Source: Auanema rhodensis (taxonomy: Eukaryota; Animalia; Nematoda). Taken from it: a stretch of DNA of 64,000 nt. Of the stretch, positions 1-13,773 are shown piece after piece. How positions within the stretch are numbered: the first letter of the stretch is position 1; each line of letters starts with the position of its first letter. The notes beneath the pieces were generated by a model that saw only the letters and a list, made by a program, of their open reading frames with translations, searched no databases and was not told the origin of the DNA. Both the position numbers and the translations under genes were made by a program. Location of the stretch: assembly GCA_964057225.1 (NCBI GenBank), contig OZ059900.1:26412001-26476000 (forward strand), in the 5' to 3' direction.

Positions 1-3000
1 TCAATGATATACATTTTCCAAATTCTGATGTTTAGGAATTAATTCTACGTGCCTAAATCAAAATACTTCTATCAAAGTTTTGAAAAGTGTTTTTATATTT
101 AGATAGACCACAATTGATTGCAAGCCGTATTTACAAAAAAAGACTAGAATCGCAAGCCCCTACAATTTTTATGTTCAAAAATGTACATTTTTAAATATCT
201 GATGTTCACAGAATATTTCTACGCGCCTAAATCGAAATATTTTCATCAATGTTGAGTGAACAGTATTTATATCCATATACACCACATTTGATTGTAAGTT
301 GTGTGCATAGAACATACCAGAATCGCAAGCCCCTACAATTTTCACGTTCAATGATGTACATTTTCCAAATTCTGATGTTAAGGAATTAATTGTACGTGCC
401 TAAATCAAAATACTTCCATCAAAGTTCTGAAAGGTGTATTTATATTCAGATAGACCACAATTGATTGCTAGCCGTATTTACAAAAGAGACTAGAATCCCA
501 AGTCCCTACAATTTTTATGTTCAATAAAATACATTTTTAAATATCTGATGTTCACAGAATATTTCTACGCGCCTAAATCAAAATTTTTTCATCAATGTTG
601 AGTGAACAGTATTTATATCCATATACACCACATTTGATTGTAAGTTGTGTGCATAGAACATACCAGAATCGCAAGCCCCTACAATTTTCACGTTCAATGA
701 TATACATTTACCAAATTCTGATGTTAAGGAATTAATTGTACGTGCCTAAATCAAAATACTTCCATCAAAGTTCTGAAAGGTGTATTTATATTCAGATACA
801 CCAGATTTGATTGTAAGTTGTGTACATAGAACATACCAGAATCGCAAGCCCCTACAATGTTCACGTTCAATGATATACATTTTCCAAATTCTGATGTTTA
901 GAAATTAATTCTACGTGCCTAAATCAAAATACTTCCATCAAGGTAGTGAAAGATGATTTTATATCCAGATACACCAGATTTGATTGTAAGTTGTGTGCAT
1001 AGAACATACCAGAATCGCAAGCCCCTACAATTTTCACGTTCAATGATGTACATTTTCCAAATTCTGATGTTTAGGAATTAATTGTACGTGCCTAAATCAA
1101 AATATTTCCATCAAAGTTCTGAAAGGTGTATTTATATTCAGATACACCAGATTTGATTGTAAGTTGTGTGCATAGAACATACCAGAATCGCAAGCTTCTA
1201 CAATGTTCACGTTCAATGATATACATTTTCCAAATTCTGATGTTTAGAAATTAATTCTACGTGCCTAAATCAAAATATTTTCATCAATGTTGAGTGAACA
1301 GTATTTATATCCATATACACCAGATTTGATTGTAAGTTGTGTGCATAGAACATACCAGAATCGCAAGCCCCTACAATTTTCACGTTCAATGATATACATT
1401 TACCAAATTCTGATGTTTAGGAATTAATTCTACGTGCCTAAATCAAAATACTTCCATCAAGGTTGTGGAAGATGTTTTTATATCCAGATACACCAGATTT
1501 GATTGTAAGTTGTGTGCATAGAACATACCAGAATCGCAAGCCCCTACAATTTTCACGTTCAATGATGTACATTTTCCAAATTCTGATGTTTAGGAATTAA
1601 TTGTACGTGCCTAAATCAAAATATTTCCATCAAAGTTCTGAAAGGTGTATTTATATTCAGATACACCAGATTTGATTGTAAGTTGTGGGCATAGAACATA
1701 CCAGAATCGCAAGCTTCTACAATGTTCACGTTCAATGATATTCATTTTCCAAATTCTGATGTTTAGAAATTAATTCTACGTGCCTAAATCAAAATATTTT
1801 CATCAATGTTGAGTGAACAGTATTTATATCCATATACACCAGATTTGATTGTAAGTTGTGTGCATAGAACATACCAGAATCGCAAGCCCCTACAATTTTC
1901 ACGTTCAATGATATACATTTACCAAATTCTGATGTTTAGGAATTAATTCTACGTGCCTAAATCAAAATATTTCCATCAAGGTAGTGAAAAATGTTTTTGT
2001 ATCCAGATACACCAGATTTGATTGTAAGTTGTGTGCATAGAACATACCAGAATCGCAAGCCCCTACAATGTTCACGTTCAATGATATACATTTTCCAAAT
2101 TCTGATGTTTAGGAATTAATTCTACGTGCCTAAATCAAAATACTTCCATCAAGGTTGTGAAAGATGTTTTTATATCCAGATACACCAGATTTGATTGTAA
2201 GTTGTGTGCATAGAACATACCAGAATCGCAAGCCCCTACAATTCTCACGTTCAATGATATACATTTACCAAATTCTGATGTTCAGGAATTAATTCTACGC
2301 GCCTAAATCAAAATAATTTCATCAATGTTGAGTGAACAGTATTTATATCCATATACACCAGATTTGATTGTAAGTTGTGTGCATAGAACATACCATAATC
2401 GCAAGCCCCTACAATTTTCACGTTCAATGATATACATTTTCCAAATTCTGATATTTAGGAATTAATTCTACGTGACTAAATCAAAATACTTCCATCAAGG
2501 TAGTGAAAGATGTTTTTATATCCAGATACACCAGATTTGATTGTAAGTTGTGTGCATAGAACATACCAGAATCGCAAGCCCCTACAATGTTCACGTTCAA
2601 TGATATACATTTTCCAAATTCTGTTGTTTAGGAATTAATTCTACGCGCCTAAATCAAAATAATTTCATCAATGTTGAGTGAACAGTATTTATATCCATAT
2701 ACACCAGATTTGATTGTAAGTTGTGTGCATAGAACATACCAGAATCGCAAGCCCCTACAATGTTCACGTTCAATGATATACATTTTCCAAATTCTGTTGT
2801 TTAGAAGTTAATTCTACGTGCCTAAATCAAAATATTTTCATCAATGTTGAGTGAACAGTATTTATATCCATATACACCAGATTTGATTGTAAGTTGTGTG
2901 CATAGAACATACCAGAATCGCAAGCCCCTACAATTTTCACGTTCAATGATATACATTTACCAAATTCTGATGTTTAGAAATTAATTCTACGTGCCTAAAT

Positions 3001-6000
3001 CAAAATACTTCCATCAAGGTTGTGAAAGATGTTTTTATATCCAGATACACCAGATTTGATTGTAAGTTGTGTGCATAGAACATACCAGAATCGCAAGCCC
3101 CTACAATGTTCACGTTCAATGATATACATTTACCAAATTCTGATGTTAAGAAATTAATTCTACGTGCCTAAATCAAAATATTTTCATCAATGTTGAGTGA
3201 ACAGTATTTATATCCATATACACCAGATTTGATTGTAAGTTGTGTGCATAGAACATACCAGAATCGCAAGCCCCTACAATTTTCACGTTCAATGATATAC
3301 ATTTACCAAATTCTGATGTTTAGAAATTAATTCTACGTGCCTAAATCAAAATATTTTCATCAATGTTGAGTGAACAGTATTTATATCCATATACACCAGA
3401 TTTGATTGTAAGTTGTGTGCATAGAACATACCAGAATCGCAAGCCCCTACAATTTTCACGTTCAATGATATACATTTACCAAATTCTGATGTTTAGAAAT
3501 TAATTCTACGTGCCTAAATCAAAATATTTTCATCAATGTTGAGTGAACAGTATTTATATCCATATACACCAGATTTGATTGTAAGTTGTGTGCATAGAAC
3601 ATACCAGAATCGCAAGCCCCTACAATTTTCACGTTCAATGATATACATTTTCCAAATTCTGATGTTTAGGAATTAATTCTACGTGACTAAATCAAAATAT
3701 TTCCATCAAGGTAGTGAAAAATGTTTTTATATCCAGATACACCAGATTTGATTGTAAGTTGTGTGCGTAGAACATACCAGAATCCCAAGTCCCTACAATT
3801 TTTATGTTCAATAAAATACATTTTTAAATATCTGATGTTCACAGAATATTTCTACGCGCCTAAATCAAAATTTTTTCATCAATGTTGAGTGAACAGTATT
3901 TATATCCATATACACCAGATTTGATTGTAAGTTGTGTGCATAGAACATACCAGAATCGCAAGCCCCTACAATTTTCACGTTCAATGATATACATTTACCA
4001 AATTCTGATGTTTAGGAATTGATTCTACGTGCCTAAATCAAAATATTTCCATCAAGGTAGTGAAAGATGTTTTTATATCCAGATACACCAGATTTGATTG
4101 TAAGTTGTGTGCATAGAACATACCAGAATCGCAAGCCCCTACAATGTTCACGTTCAATGATATACATTTTCCAAATTCTGATGTTTAGAAATTAATTCTA
4201 CGTGCCTAAATCAAAATACTTCCATCAAGGTAGTGAAAGATGATTTTATATCCAGATACACCAGATTTGATTGTAAGTTGTGTGCATAGAACATACCAGA
4301 ATCGCAAGCCCCTACAATTTTCACGTTCAATGATATACATTTACCAAATTCTGATGTTTAGGAATTGATTCTACGTGCCTAAATCAAAATATTTCCATCA
4401 AGGTAGTGAAAGATGTTTTTATATCCAGATACACCAGATTTGATTGTAAGTTGTGTGCATAGAACATACCAGAATCGCAAGCCCCTACAATGTTCACGTT
4501 CAATGATATACATTTTCCAAATTCTGATGTTTAGGAATTAATTGTACGTGCCTAAATCAAAATATTTCCATCAAAGTTCTGAAAGGTGTATTTATATTCA
4601 GATACACCAGATTTGATTGTAAGTTGTGGGCATAGAACATACCAGAATCGCAAGCTTCTACAATGTTCACGTTCAATGATATACATTTTCCAAATTCTGA
4701 TGTTTAGAAATTAATTCTACGTGCCTAAATCAAAATATTTTCATCAATGTTGAGTGAACAGTATTTATATCCATATACACCAGATTTGATTGTAAGTTGT
4801 GTGCATAGAACATACCAGAATCGCAAGCCCCTACAATTTTCACGTTCAATGATATACATTTACTAAATTCTGATGTTTAGGAATTAATTCTACGTGCCTA
4901 AATCAAAATACTTCCATCAAGGTTGTGAAAGATGTTTTTATATCCAGATACACCAGATTTGATTGTAAGTTGTGTGCATAGAACATACCAGAATCGCAAG
5001 CCCCTACAATGTTCACGTTCAATGATATACATTTTCCAAATTCTGTTGTTTAGGAATTAATTCTACGCGCCTAAATCAAAATAATTTCATCAATGTTGAG
5101 TGAACAGTATTTATATCCATATACACCAGATTTGATTGTAAGTTGTGTGCATAGAACATACCAGAATCGCAAGCCCCTACAATTTTCACGTTCAATGATA
5201 TACATTTTCCAAATTCTGATGTTTAGAAATTAATTCTACGTGCCTAAATCAAAATATTTCCATCAAAGTTCTGAAAGGTGTATTTATATTCAGATACACC
5301 AGATTTGATTGTAAGTTGTGTGCATAGAACATACCAGAATCGCAAGCTTCTACAATGTTCACGTTCAATGATATACATTTTCCAAATTCTGATGTTTAGA
5401 AATTAATTCTACGTGCCTAAATCAAAATATTTTCATCAATGTTGAGTGAACAGTATTTATATCCATATACACCAGATTTGATTGTAAGTTGTGTGCATAG
5501 AACATACCAGAATCGCAAGCCCCTACAATTTTCACGTTCAATGATATACATTTACCAAATTCTGATGTTTAGGAATTAATTCTACGTGACTAAATCAAAA
5601 TATTTCCATCAAGGTAGTGAAAAATGTTTTTATATCCAGATACACCAGATTTGATTGTAAGTTGTGTGCATAGAACATACCAGAATCGCAAGCCCCTACA
5701 ATGTTCACGTTCAATGATATACATTTTCCAAATTCTGTTGTTTAGGAATTAATTCTACGCGCCTAAATCAAAATAATTTCATCAATGTTGAGTGAACAGT
5801 ATTTATATCCATATACACCAGATTTGATTGTAAGTTGTGTGCATAGAACATACCAGAATCGCAAGCCCCTACAATGTTCACGTTCAATGATATACATTTT
5901 CCAAATTCTGTTGTTTAGGAATTAATTCTACGCGCCTAAATCAAAATAATTTCATCAATGTTGAGTGAACAGTATTTATATCCATATACACCAGATTTGA

Positions 6001-9000
6001 TTGTAAGTTGTGTGCATAGAACATACCAGAATCGCAAGCCCCTACAATTTTCACGTTCAATGATATACATTTTCCAAATTCTGATGTTTAGGAATTAATT
6101 CTACGTGACTAAATCAAAATACTTCCATCAAGGTAGTGAAAGATGTTTTTATATCCAGATACACCAGATTTGATTGTAAGTTGTGTGCATAGAACATACC
6201 AGAATCGCAAGCCCCTACAATTTTCACGTTCAATGATATACATTTTCCAAATTCTGATGTTTAGGAATTAATTCTACGTGACTAAATCAAAATACTTCCA
6301 TCAAGGTAGTGAAAGATGTTTTTATATCCAGATACACCAGATTTGATTGTAAGTTGTGTGCATAGAACATACCAGAATCGCAAGCCCCTACAATTTTCAC
6401 GTTCAATGATATACATTTACCAAATTCTGATGTTTAGGAATTAATTCTACGTGCCTAAATCAAAATACTTCCATCAAAGTTCTGAAAGGTGTATTTATAT
6501 TCAGATACACCAGATTTGATTGTAAGTTGTGTGCATAGAACATACCAGAATCGCAAGCCCCTACAATGTTCACGTTCAATGATATACATTTTCCAAATTC
6601 TGTTGTTTAGGAATTAATTCTACGCGCCTAAATCAAAATAATTTCATCAATGTTGAGTGAACAGTATTTATATCCATATACACCAGATTTGATTGTAAGT
6701 TGTGTGCATAGAACATACCAGAATCGCAAGCCCCTACAATTTTCACGTTCAATGATATACATTTTCCAAATTCTGATGTTTAGGAATTAATTCTACGTGA
6801 CTAAATCAAAATACTTCCATCAAGGTAGTGAAAGATGTTTTTATATCCAGATACACCAGATTTGATTGTAAGTTGTGTGCATAGAACATACCAGAATCGC
6901 AAGCCCCTACAATTTTCACGTTCAATGATATACATTTTCCAAATTCTGATGTTTAGAAATTAATTCTACGTGCCTAAATCAAAATACTTCCATCAAGGTA
7001 GCGAAAGATGTTTTTATATCCAGATACACCAGATTTGATTGTAAGTTGTGTGCATAGAACATACCAGAATCGCAAGCCCCTACAATGTTCACGTTCAATG
7101 ATATACATTTTCCAAATTCTGATGTTTAGAAATTAATTCTACGTGCCTAAATCAAAATACTTCCATCAAGGTAGTGAAAGATGATTTTATATCCAGATAC
7201 ACCAGATTTGATTGTAAGTTGTGTGCATAGAACATGCCAGAATCGCAAGCCCCTACAATTTTCACGTTCAATGATGTACATTTTCCAAATTCTGATGTTT
7301 AGAAATTAATTCTACGTGCCTAAATCAAAATACTTCCATCAAGGTAGTGAAAGATGTTTTTATATCCAAATACACCAGATTTGATTGTAAGTTGTGTGCA
7401 TAGAACATACCAGAATCGCAAGCCCCTACAATTTTCACGTTCAATGATATACATTTTCCAAATTCTGATGTTTAGAAATTAATTCTACGTGCCTAAATCA
7501 AAATACTTCCATCAAGGTAGTGAAAGATGTTTTTATATCCAGATACACCAGATTTGATTGTAAGTTGTGTGCATAGAACATACCAGAATCGCAAGCCCCT
7601 ACAATTTTCACGTTCAATGATATACATTTTCCAAATTCTGATGTTTAGAAATTAATTCTACGTGCCTAAATCAAAATACTTCCATCAAGGTAGTGAAAGA
7701 TGTTTTTATATCCATATACACCACATTTGATTGTAAGTTGTGTGCATAGAACATACCAGAATCGCAAGCCCCTACAATTTTCACGTTCAATGATATACAT
7801 TTTCCAAATTCTGATGTTTAGGAATTAATTCTACGTGCCTAAATCAAAATACTTCCATCAAGGTAGTGAAAGATGTTTTTATATCCAGATACACCAGATT
7901 TGATTGTAAGTTGTGTGCATAGAACATACCAGAATCGCAAGCCCCTACAATTTTCACGTTCAATGATATACATTTTCCAAATTCTGATATTTAGGAATTA
8001 ATTCTACGTGACTAAATCAAAATACTTCCATCAAGGTAGTGAAAGATGTTTTTATATCCAGATACACCAGATTTGATTGTAAGTTGTGTGCATAGAACAT
8101 ACCAGAATCGCAAGCCCCTACAATGTTCACGTTCAATGATATACATTTTCCAAATTCTGTTGTTTAGGAATTAATTCTACGCGCCTAAATCAAAATAATT
8201 TCATCAATGTTGAGTGAACAGTATTTATATCCATATACACCAGATTTGATTGTAAGTTGTGTGCATAGAACATACCAGAATCGCAAGCCCCTACAATGTT
8301 CACGTTCAATGATATACATTTTCCAAATTCTGATGTTTAGAAATTAATTCTACGTGCCTAAATCAAAATACTTCCATCAAGGTAGTGAAAGATGTTTTTA
8401 TATCCAGATACACCAGATTTGATTGTAAGTTGTGTGCATAGAACATACCAGAATCGCAAGCCCCTACAATTTTCACGTTCAATGATATACATTTTCCAAA
8501 TTCTGATGTTTAGAAATTAATTCTACGTGCCTAAATCAAAATACTTCCATCAAGGTAGTGAAAGATGTTTTTATATCCAGATACACCAGGTTTGATTGTA
8601 AGTTGTGTGCATAGAACATACCAGAATCGCAAGCCCCTACAATTTTTATGTTCAATAATGTACATTTTTAGATATCTGATGTTCACAGAATATTTCTACG
8701 CGCCTAAATCAAAATATTTTTATCAATGTTGAGTGAACAGTATTTATATCCATATACACCAGATTTAATTGTAAGTTGTGTGCATAGAACGTACCAGAAT
8801 CGCAAGCCCCTACAATTTTCACGTTCAATGATATACATTTTCCAAATTCTGATGTTTAGGACTTAATTCTACGTGCCTTAATCAAAATACTTCCATCAAG
8901 GTAGTGAAAGGTGTATTTATATTCAGATACACCAGATTTGATTGTAAGTTGTGTGCATAGAACATACCAGAATCGCAAGCCCCTACAATGTTCACGTTCA

Positions 9001-9149
9001 ATGATGTACATTTTCCAAATTCTGATGTTTAGGAATTAATTGTACGTGCCTAAATTAAAATACTTCCATCAAAGTTCTGAAAGGTGTATTTTTATTCAGA
9101 TAGACCACAATTGATTGCTAGCCGTATTAACAAAAGAGACAAGGATCCC
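1..9149. repeat. 173-bp tandem satellite (~53 monomers, several recurring variants)
   Basis: The motif aatc(g/c)caag(c/t)ccctacaa recurs at 321, 494, 667 and 840, a period of 173. Confidence 0.97.
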
Positions 9150-10137
9150 AGTAGAGAGCCGTGCAAAATTTACTAACCACGCCCCCAAACAGCTGTCAAA
9201 AACATACTTTTGGGGGCATCAGCTGCTAAAAACATACTTTCGGGGCGCGTCAGCTGTCAAAAACATATTTTTGAGCGTCAGCTGTTAAAATCATATTTTG
9301 GGATCATGGTTCATGGTTTTTCCTTTTTTAAATATAAAAGTCATGATTTAAAGCATGATTTTTTTTTAAAATCAAATTTAAATATGCTTTTTCAAATGTA
9401 TGTATATATTTTTAATTATTTTCAAATATATTAAGTAAAAATAAAAATCTTAAATTGATTAAAAATTTTAAATATTTAAATTATATTTAAATTTTATATA
9501 TATATATATATATATATATTATATTTAAACTTTAAATATTTAAATTATATTTAAATTTTATATATATAAATTATATTTAAACTCTAAATTTTATATATAA
9601 ATTATATTTAAATTTTAAATATATAAATTTGTTTTTAAATTTTATTTATTTTTTTATTTCTTTATTATATTTATTAATAATGTTTGTTTACTTATTTTGT
9701 TTATTTTTTATTGTATTGTGTTTGTACTATTTTATTTGTATTTTTGAAGATCAATAAAATTTTTGCATGTAGATAAATTTGTTCACCGTACTTGTTATGG
9801 GTAATTCAATGGAACACATATCGAAAGTTAATTCGATATGAAATACCAAAATTTAATGGAACACATATCGAAAGTTAATTCGATAAGAACGATATGAAAT
9901 ACCAAAATTCAATGGAACACATATCGAAGGTTAATTCGATAAGAATGACATTAAATTATTAATTTTTGAAATTACAAATTGTTATTAATTATATTTATTC
10001 TAACAAGTAAAAGTTTCAAATTAAAAGAAAAGACTAGTTTTAAATTTTATTTTACTAATATAACAATACAATAACTAAATAGAGCACACATTGAAGGTGA
10101 ATACAATAAGATTAACAAACAGTTGCGCTGACCTCAA
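9150..10137 (+). repeat. Left terminal inverted repeat of the Maverick
   Basis: Reverse complement of 33624-34658. Contains ccacgccccc, ~30-bp CAGCTG-containing repeats, an AT-rich tract and 3 copies of an aatggaacacatatcgaa...ttcgat repeat. Confidence 0.93.
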
Positions 10138-10771
10138 CGCCACGCATATCGATGGTTGATAAACAGTAATAACTGCACTGTGGGGGTTTAAATATAGTAT
10201 AATCATTTTAACATTTCAAAAGTTTTAATTTCGTAATATAATCATTATTAAATATTCAAGAATGAAATATTTTTCACATATAAAACGTTGGCAGTCATAT
10301 GTTTTGTGCTACAATATGGGTGTAAAAGTATACTATGAATAATATATGAGCTATTAAGCAAAGTTTGAAAAGCCTAAATGTTTTACAGAGATGGCTGTTG
10401 TTTATGGCACAAACGGTAAACAATAATGTTTAAAGAGATGTAAAAACTAATTAATATGCAGATTGTTTACAGGTTCAGAGTGCGCCAACTGCTGGCAACT
10501 GTCGATGAGATGAGTATATCTGCATAAATATGCTGTAAAATCTAATTAATAAAAGAATTTCATCAGCAAACTTGATTGTAACACAATGGGTTGTACTTTA
10601 CAAAAATCTTTGTATAAAAGGTTGGCAATTTTGCTACATTTACATTTCAGCTCTGCCAACTATCCGAGGATCCGACGTTTCACCATCTTCTGCCACTCTT
10701 TGCCAATCGCCATAGACTGCTCCTCTCTGCAAGTTTTTCTTAATTTTTAGAAAGTTGGATCTTTAGCGGAA

Positions 10772-11356
10772 ATGAAGCGTGCTGTACTTGCTGATGTGAC
10801 AAATGTTGTGCGCAAATCGCCTGAACCTGAAGTACCACGACCACCCACACCAGCTCCAAATTTTACAAGTTTTGGTATGAACCTTAACTTGTATTTTTTA
10901 AATCTTTAATTTAGATTCACCAATAAAGCAGATGGAGATTCTGAGAGAGAGCACTCCACCAAGGAGTGTATTAATGAGACCAATTTGTCTCTGCAAAACT
11001 TGTAGGGAATCATTGCAGGTTATAGACGAGTATCACTGTTTCAGCCTCTGTATAAAGTGTAGAGGAAGGAATGATGCGTTGGGTCTTTTGAAGGAATTTC
11101 GTCACTATAAGCCCGAAAATTTCTCTATTAATGTAAGCTTGCATATTTATTTATTTTCAATTTTATCATTTTTTAGATGCGCTCTTATAACACCATGACG
11201 TGCAAGCAGTTGTTGAACAATATGGGCTATATTGTTATATATGCAGATGAGGCTACTGTAAAGACTTTTGGTTATAAGCAGAAGGTATTCTACTTTAAAC
11301 TAAGTCCAGAAGCACTCAACCTGAACATGTTTATCCGCTTTGATCCTTCATTTTGA
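10772..11356 (+). CDS. Spliced 166-aa Maverick protein with N-terminal D-box-like motif and CxxC..CxxC Zn-binding region, copy 1
   Basis: Exons 10772-10874, 10915-11132 and 11177-11356 join in frame across GT-AG introns of 40 and 44 nt. Protein reads MKRAVLADVTN...CKTC...CIKC...FIRFDPSF*. Confidence 0.8.
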
Positions 11357-11653
11357 CTACAACAAGCACAAATAGTACAATTGGCGTTTTATTCTTGTTT
11401 TGTTATGTGGCATTTTTATATTCTCAGCCGTAACATTTTTTTTTCCAGCTCTTGCGAATATCCATCAATGGCTCATAAATTGAGGACGAATGATCAACCA
11501 ACTGGTAAGAATTTGAAAATTTGAATAGTCTACATTTTTTTTTTTGCAGGTTGAATTGTTGTTTTGTATTTTGCTGGTTTTTTTATTGTTACATTATTCG
11601 ATATATCAAATAAATCATTTATTATAATTACAATTGTTTATAACATTGAAAAG

Positions 11654-11903
11654 TTATACATTTAAATTTTCTGCATCTATTCATTCATTAAAGTTGTCGG
11701 GATATCCACTCCATTTTACAAATACTTGACGTTTACCGCTTCGAGTACGCTCTTTTAAACCTTTTTCTATATAGTACTTGTTACTTTTATTAGTAGCCAA
11801 GACAAGTTCAGGTTTATAGAATTTTCCCTTTATACGTTCACCATTATAATCTACAAGTTTATACACGGTTGGGTTTCCGGTTACAACCTCATCAATTGTG
11901 AAT
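11654..11903 (-). pseudogene. Integrase 3' (chromodomain) fragment, repeated at +2417, +4834 and +7251
   Basis: Nearly identical to 19933-20182, with a TGG>TGA stop and truncation at caattgtgaat. Confidence 0.9.
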
Positions 11904-13188
11904 CGCCATAGACTGCTCCTCTCTGCAAGTTTTTCTTAATTTTTAGAAAGTTGGATCTTATATATATTTCATATATCTTATATATAATTATATTTAAACT
12001 TTAAATTTTATATATAAATTATATTTAAATTTTAAATATATAAATTTGTTTTTAAATTTTATTTATTTTTTTATTTCTTTATTATATTTATTAATAATGT
12101 TTGTTTACTTATTTTGTTTATTTTTTATTGTATTGTGTTTGTACTATTTTATTTGTATTTTTGAAGATCAATAAAATTTTTGCATGTAGATAAATTTGTT
12201 CACCGTACTTGTTATGGGTAATTCAATGGAACACATATCGAAAGTTAATTCGATATGAAATACCAAAATTTAATGGAACACATATCGAAAGTTAATTCGA
12301 TAAGAACGATATGAAATACCAAAATTCAATGGAACACATATCGAAGGTTAATTCGATAAGAATGACATTAAATTATTAATTTTTGAAATTACAAATTGTT
12401 ATTAATTATATTTATTCTAACAAGTAAAAGTTTCAAATTAAAAGAAAAGACTAGTTTTAAATTTTATTTTACTAATATAACAATACAATAACTAAATAGA
12501 GCACACATTGAAGGTGAATACAATAAGATTAACAAACAGTTGCGCTGACCTCAACGCCACGCATATCGATGGTTGATAAACAGTAATAACTGCACTGTGG
12601 GGGTTTAAATATAGTATAATCATTTTAACATTTCAAAAGTTTTAATTTCGTAATATAATCATTATTAAATATTCAAGAATGAAATATTTTTCACATATAA
12701 AACGTTGGCAGTCATATGTTTTGTGCTACAATATGGGTGTAAAAGTATACTATGAATAATATATGAGCTATTAAGCAAAGTTTGAAAAGCCTAAATGTTT
12801 TACAGAGATGGCTGTTGTTTATGGCACAAACGGTAAACAATAATGTTTAAAGAGATGTAAAAACTAATTAATATGCAGATTGTTTACAGGTTCAGAGTGC
12901 GCCAACTGCTGGCAACTGTCGATGAGATGAGTATATCTGCATAAATATGCTGTAAAATCTAATTAATAAAAGAATTTCATCAGCAAACTTGATTGTAACA
13001 CAATGGGTTGTACTTTACAAAAATCTTTGTATAAAAGGTTGGCAATTTTGCTACATTTACATTTCAGCTCTGCCAACTATCCGAGGATCCGACGTTTCAC
13101 CATCTTCTGCCACTCTTTGCCAATCGCCATAGACTGCTCCTCTCTGCAAGTTTTTCTTAATTTTTAGAAAGTTGGATCTTTAGCGGAA

Positions 13189-13773
13189 ATGAAGCGTGCT
13201 GTACTTGCTGATGTGACAAATGTTGTGCGCAAATCGCCTGAACCTGAAGTACCACGACCACCCACACCAGCTCCAAATTTTACAAGTTTTGGTATGAACC
13301 TTAACTTGTATTTTTTAAATCTTTAATTTAGATTCACCAATAAAGCAGATGGAGATTCTGAGAGAGAGCACTCCACCAAGGAGTGTATTAATGAGACCAA
13401 TTTGTCTCTGCAAAACTTGTAGGGAATCATTGCAGGTTATAGACGAGTATCACTGTTTCAGCCTCTGTATAAAGTGTAGAGGAAGGAATGATGCGTTGGG
13501 TCTTTTGAAGGAATTTCGTCACTATAAGCCCGAAAATTTCTCTATTAATGTAAGCTTGCATATTTATTTATTTTCAATTTTATCATTTTTTAGATGCGCT
13601 CTTATAACACCATGACGTGCAAGCAGTTGTTGAACAATATGGGCTATATTGTTATATATGCAGATGAGGCTACTGTAAAGACTTTTGGTTATAAGCAGAA
13701 GGTATTCTACTTTAAACTAAGTCCAGAAGCACTCAACCTGAACATGTTTATCCGCTTTGATCCTTCATTTTGA
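13189..13773 (+). CDS. Spliced D-box/Zn-finger protein, copy 2
   Basis: Copy of 10772-11356 shifted by 2417. Confidence 0.78.

Noticed and set aside
1-9149. Regular arrays (173 bp and 168 bp) as CRISPR
   Set aside because: Whole monomers are repeated with no unique spacers, there are no cas genes, and the context is eukaryotic.
9210-9434. ORFs 9210-9434, 34383-34598 and 34520-34720
   Set aside because: They lie in TIR or satellite repeats, have no domain signal, and 9210-9434 and 34383-34598 are mirror images.
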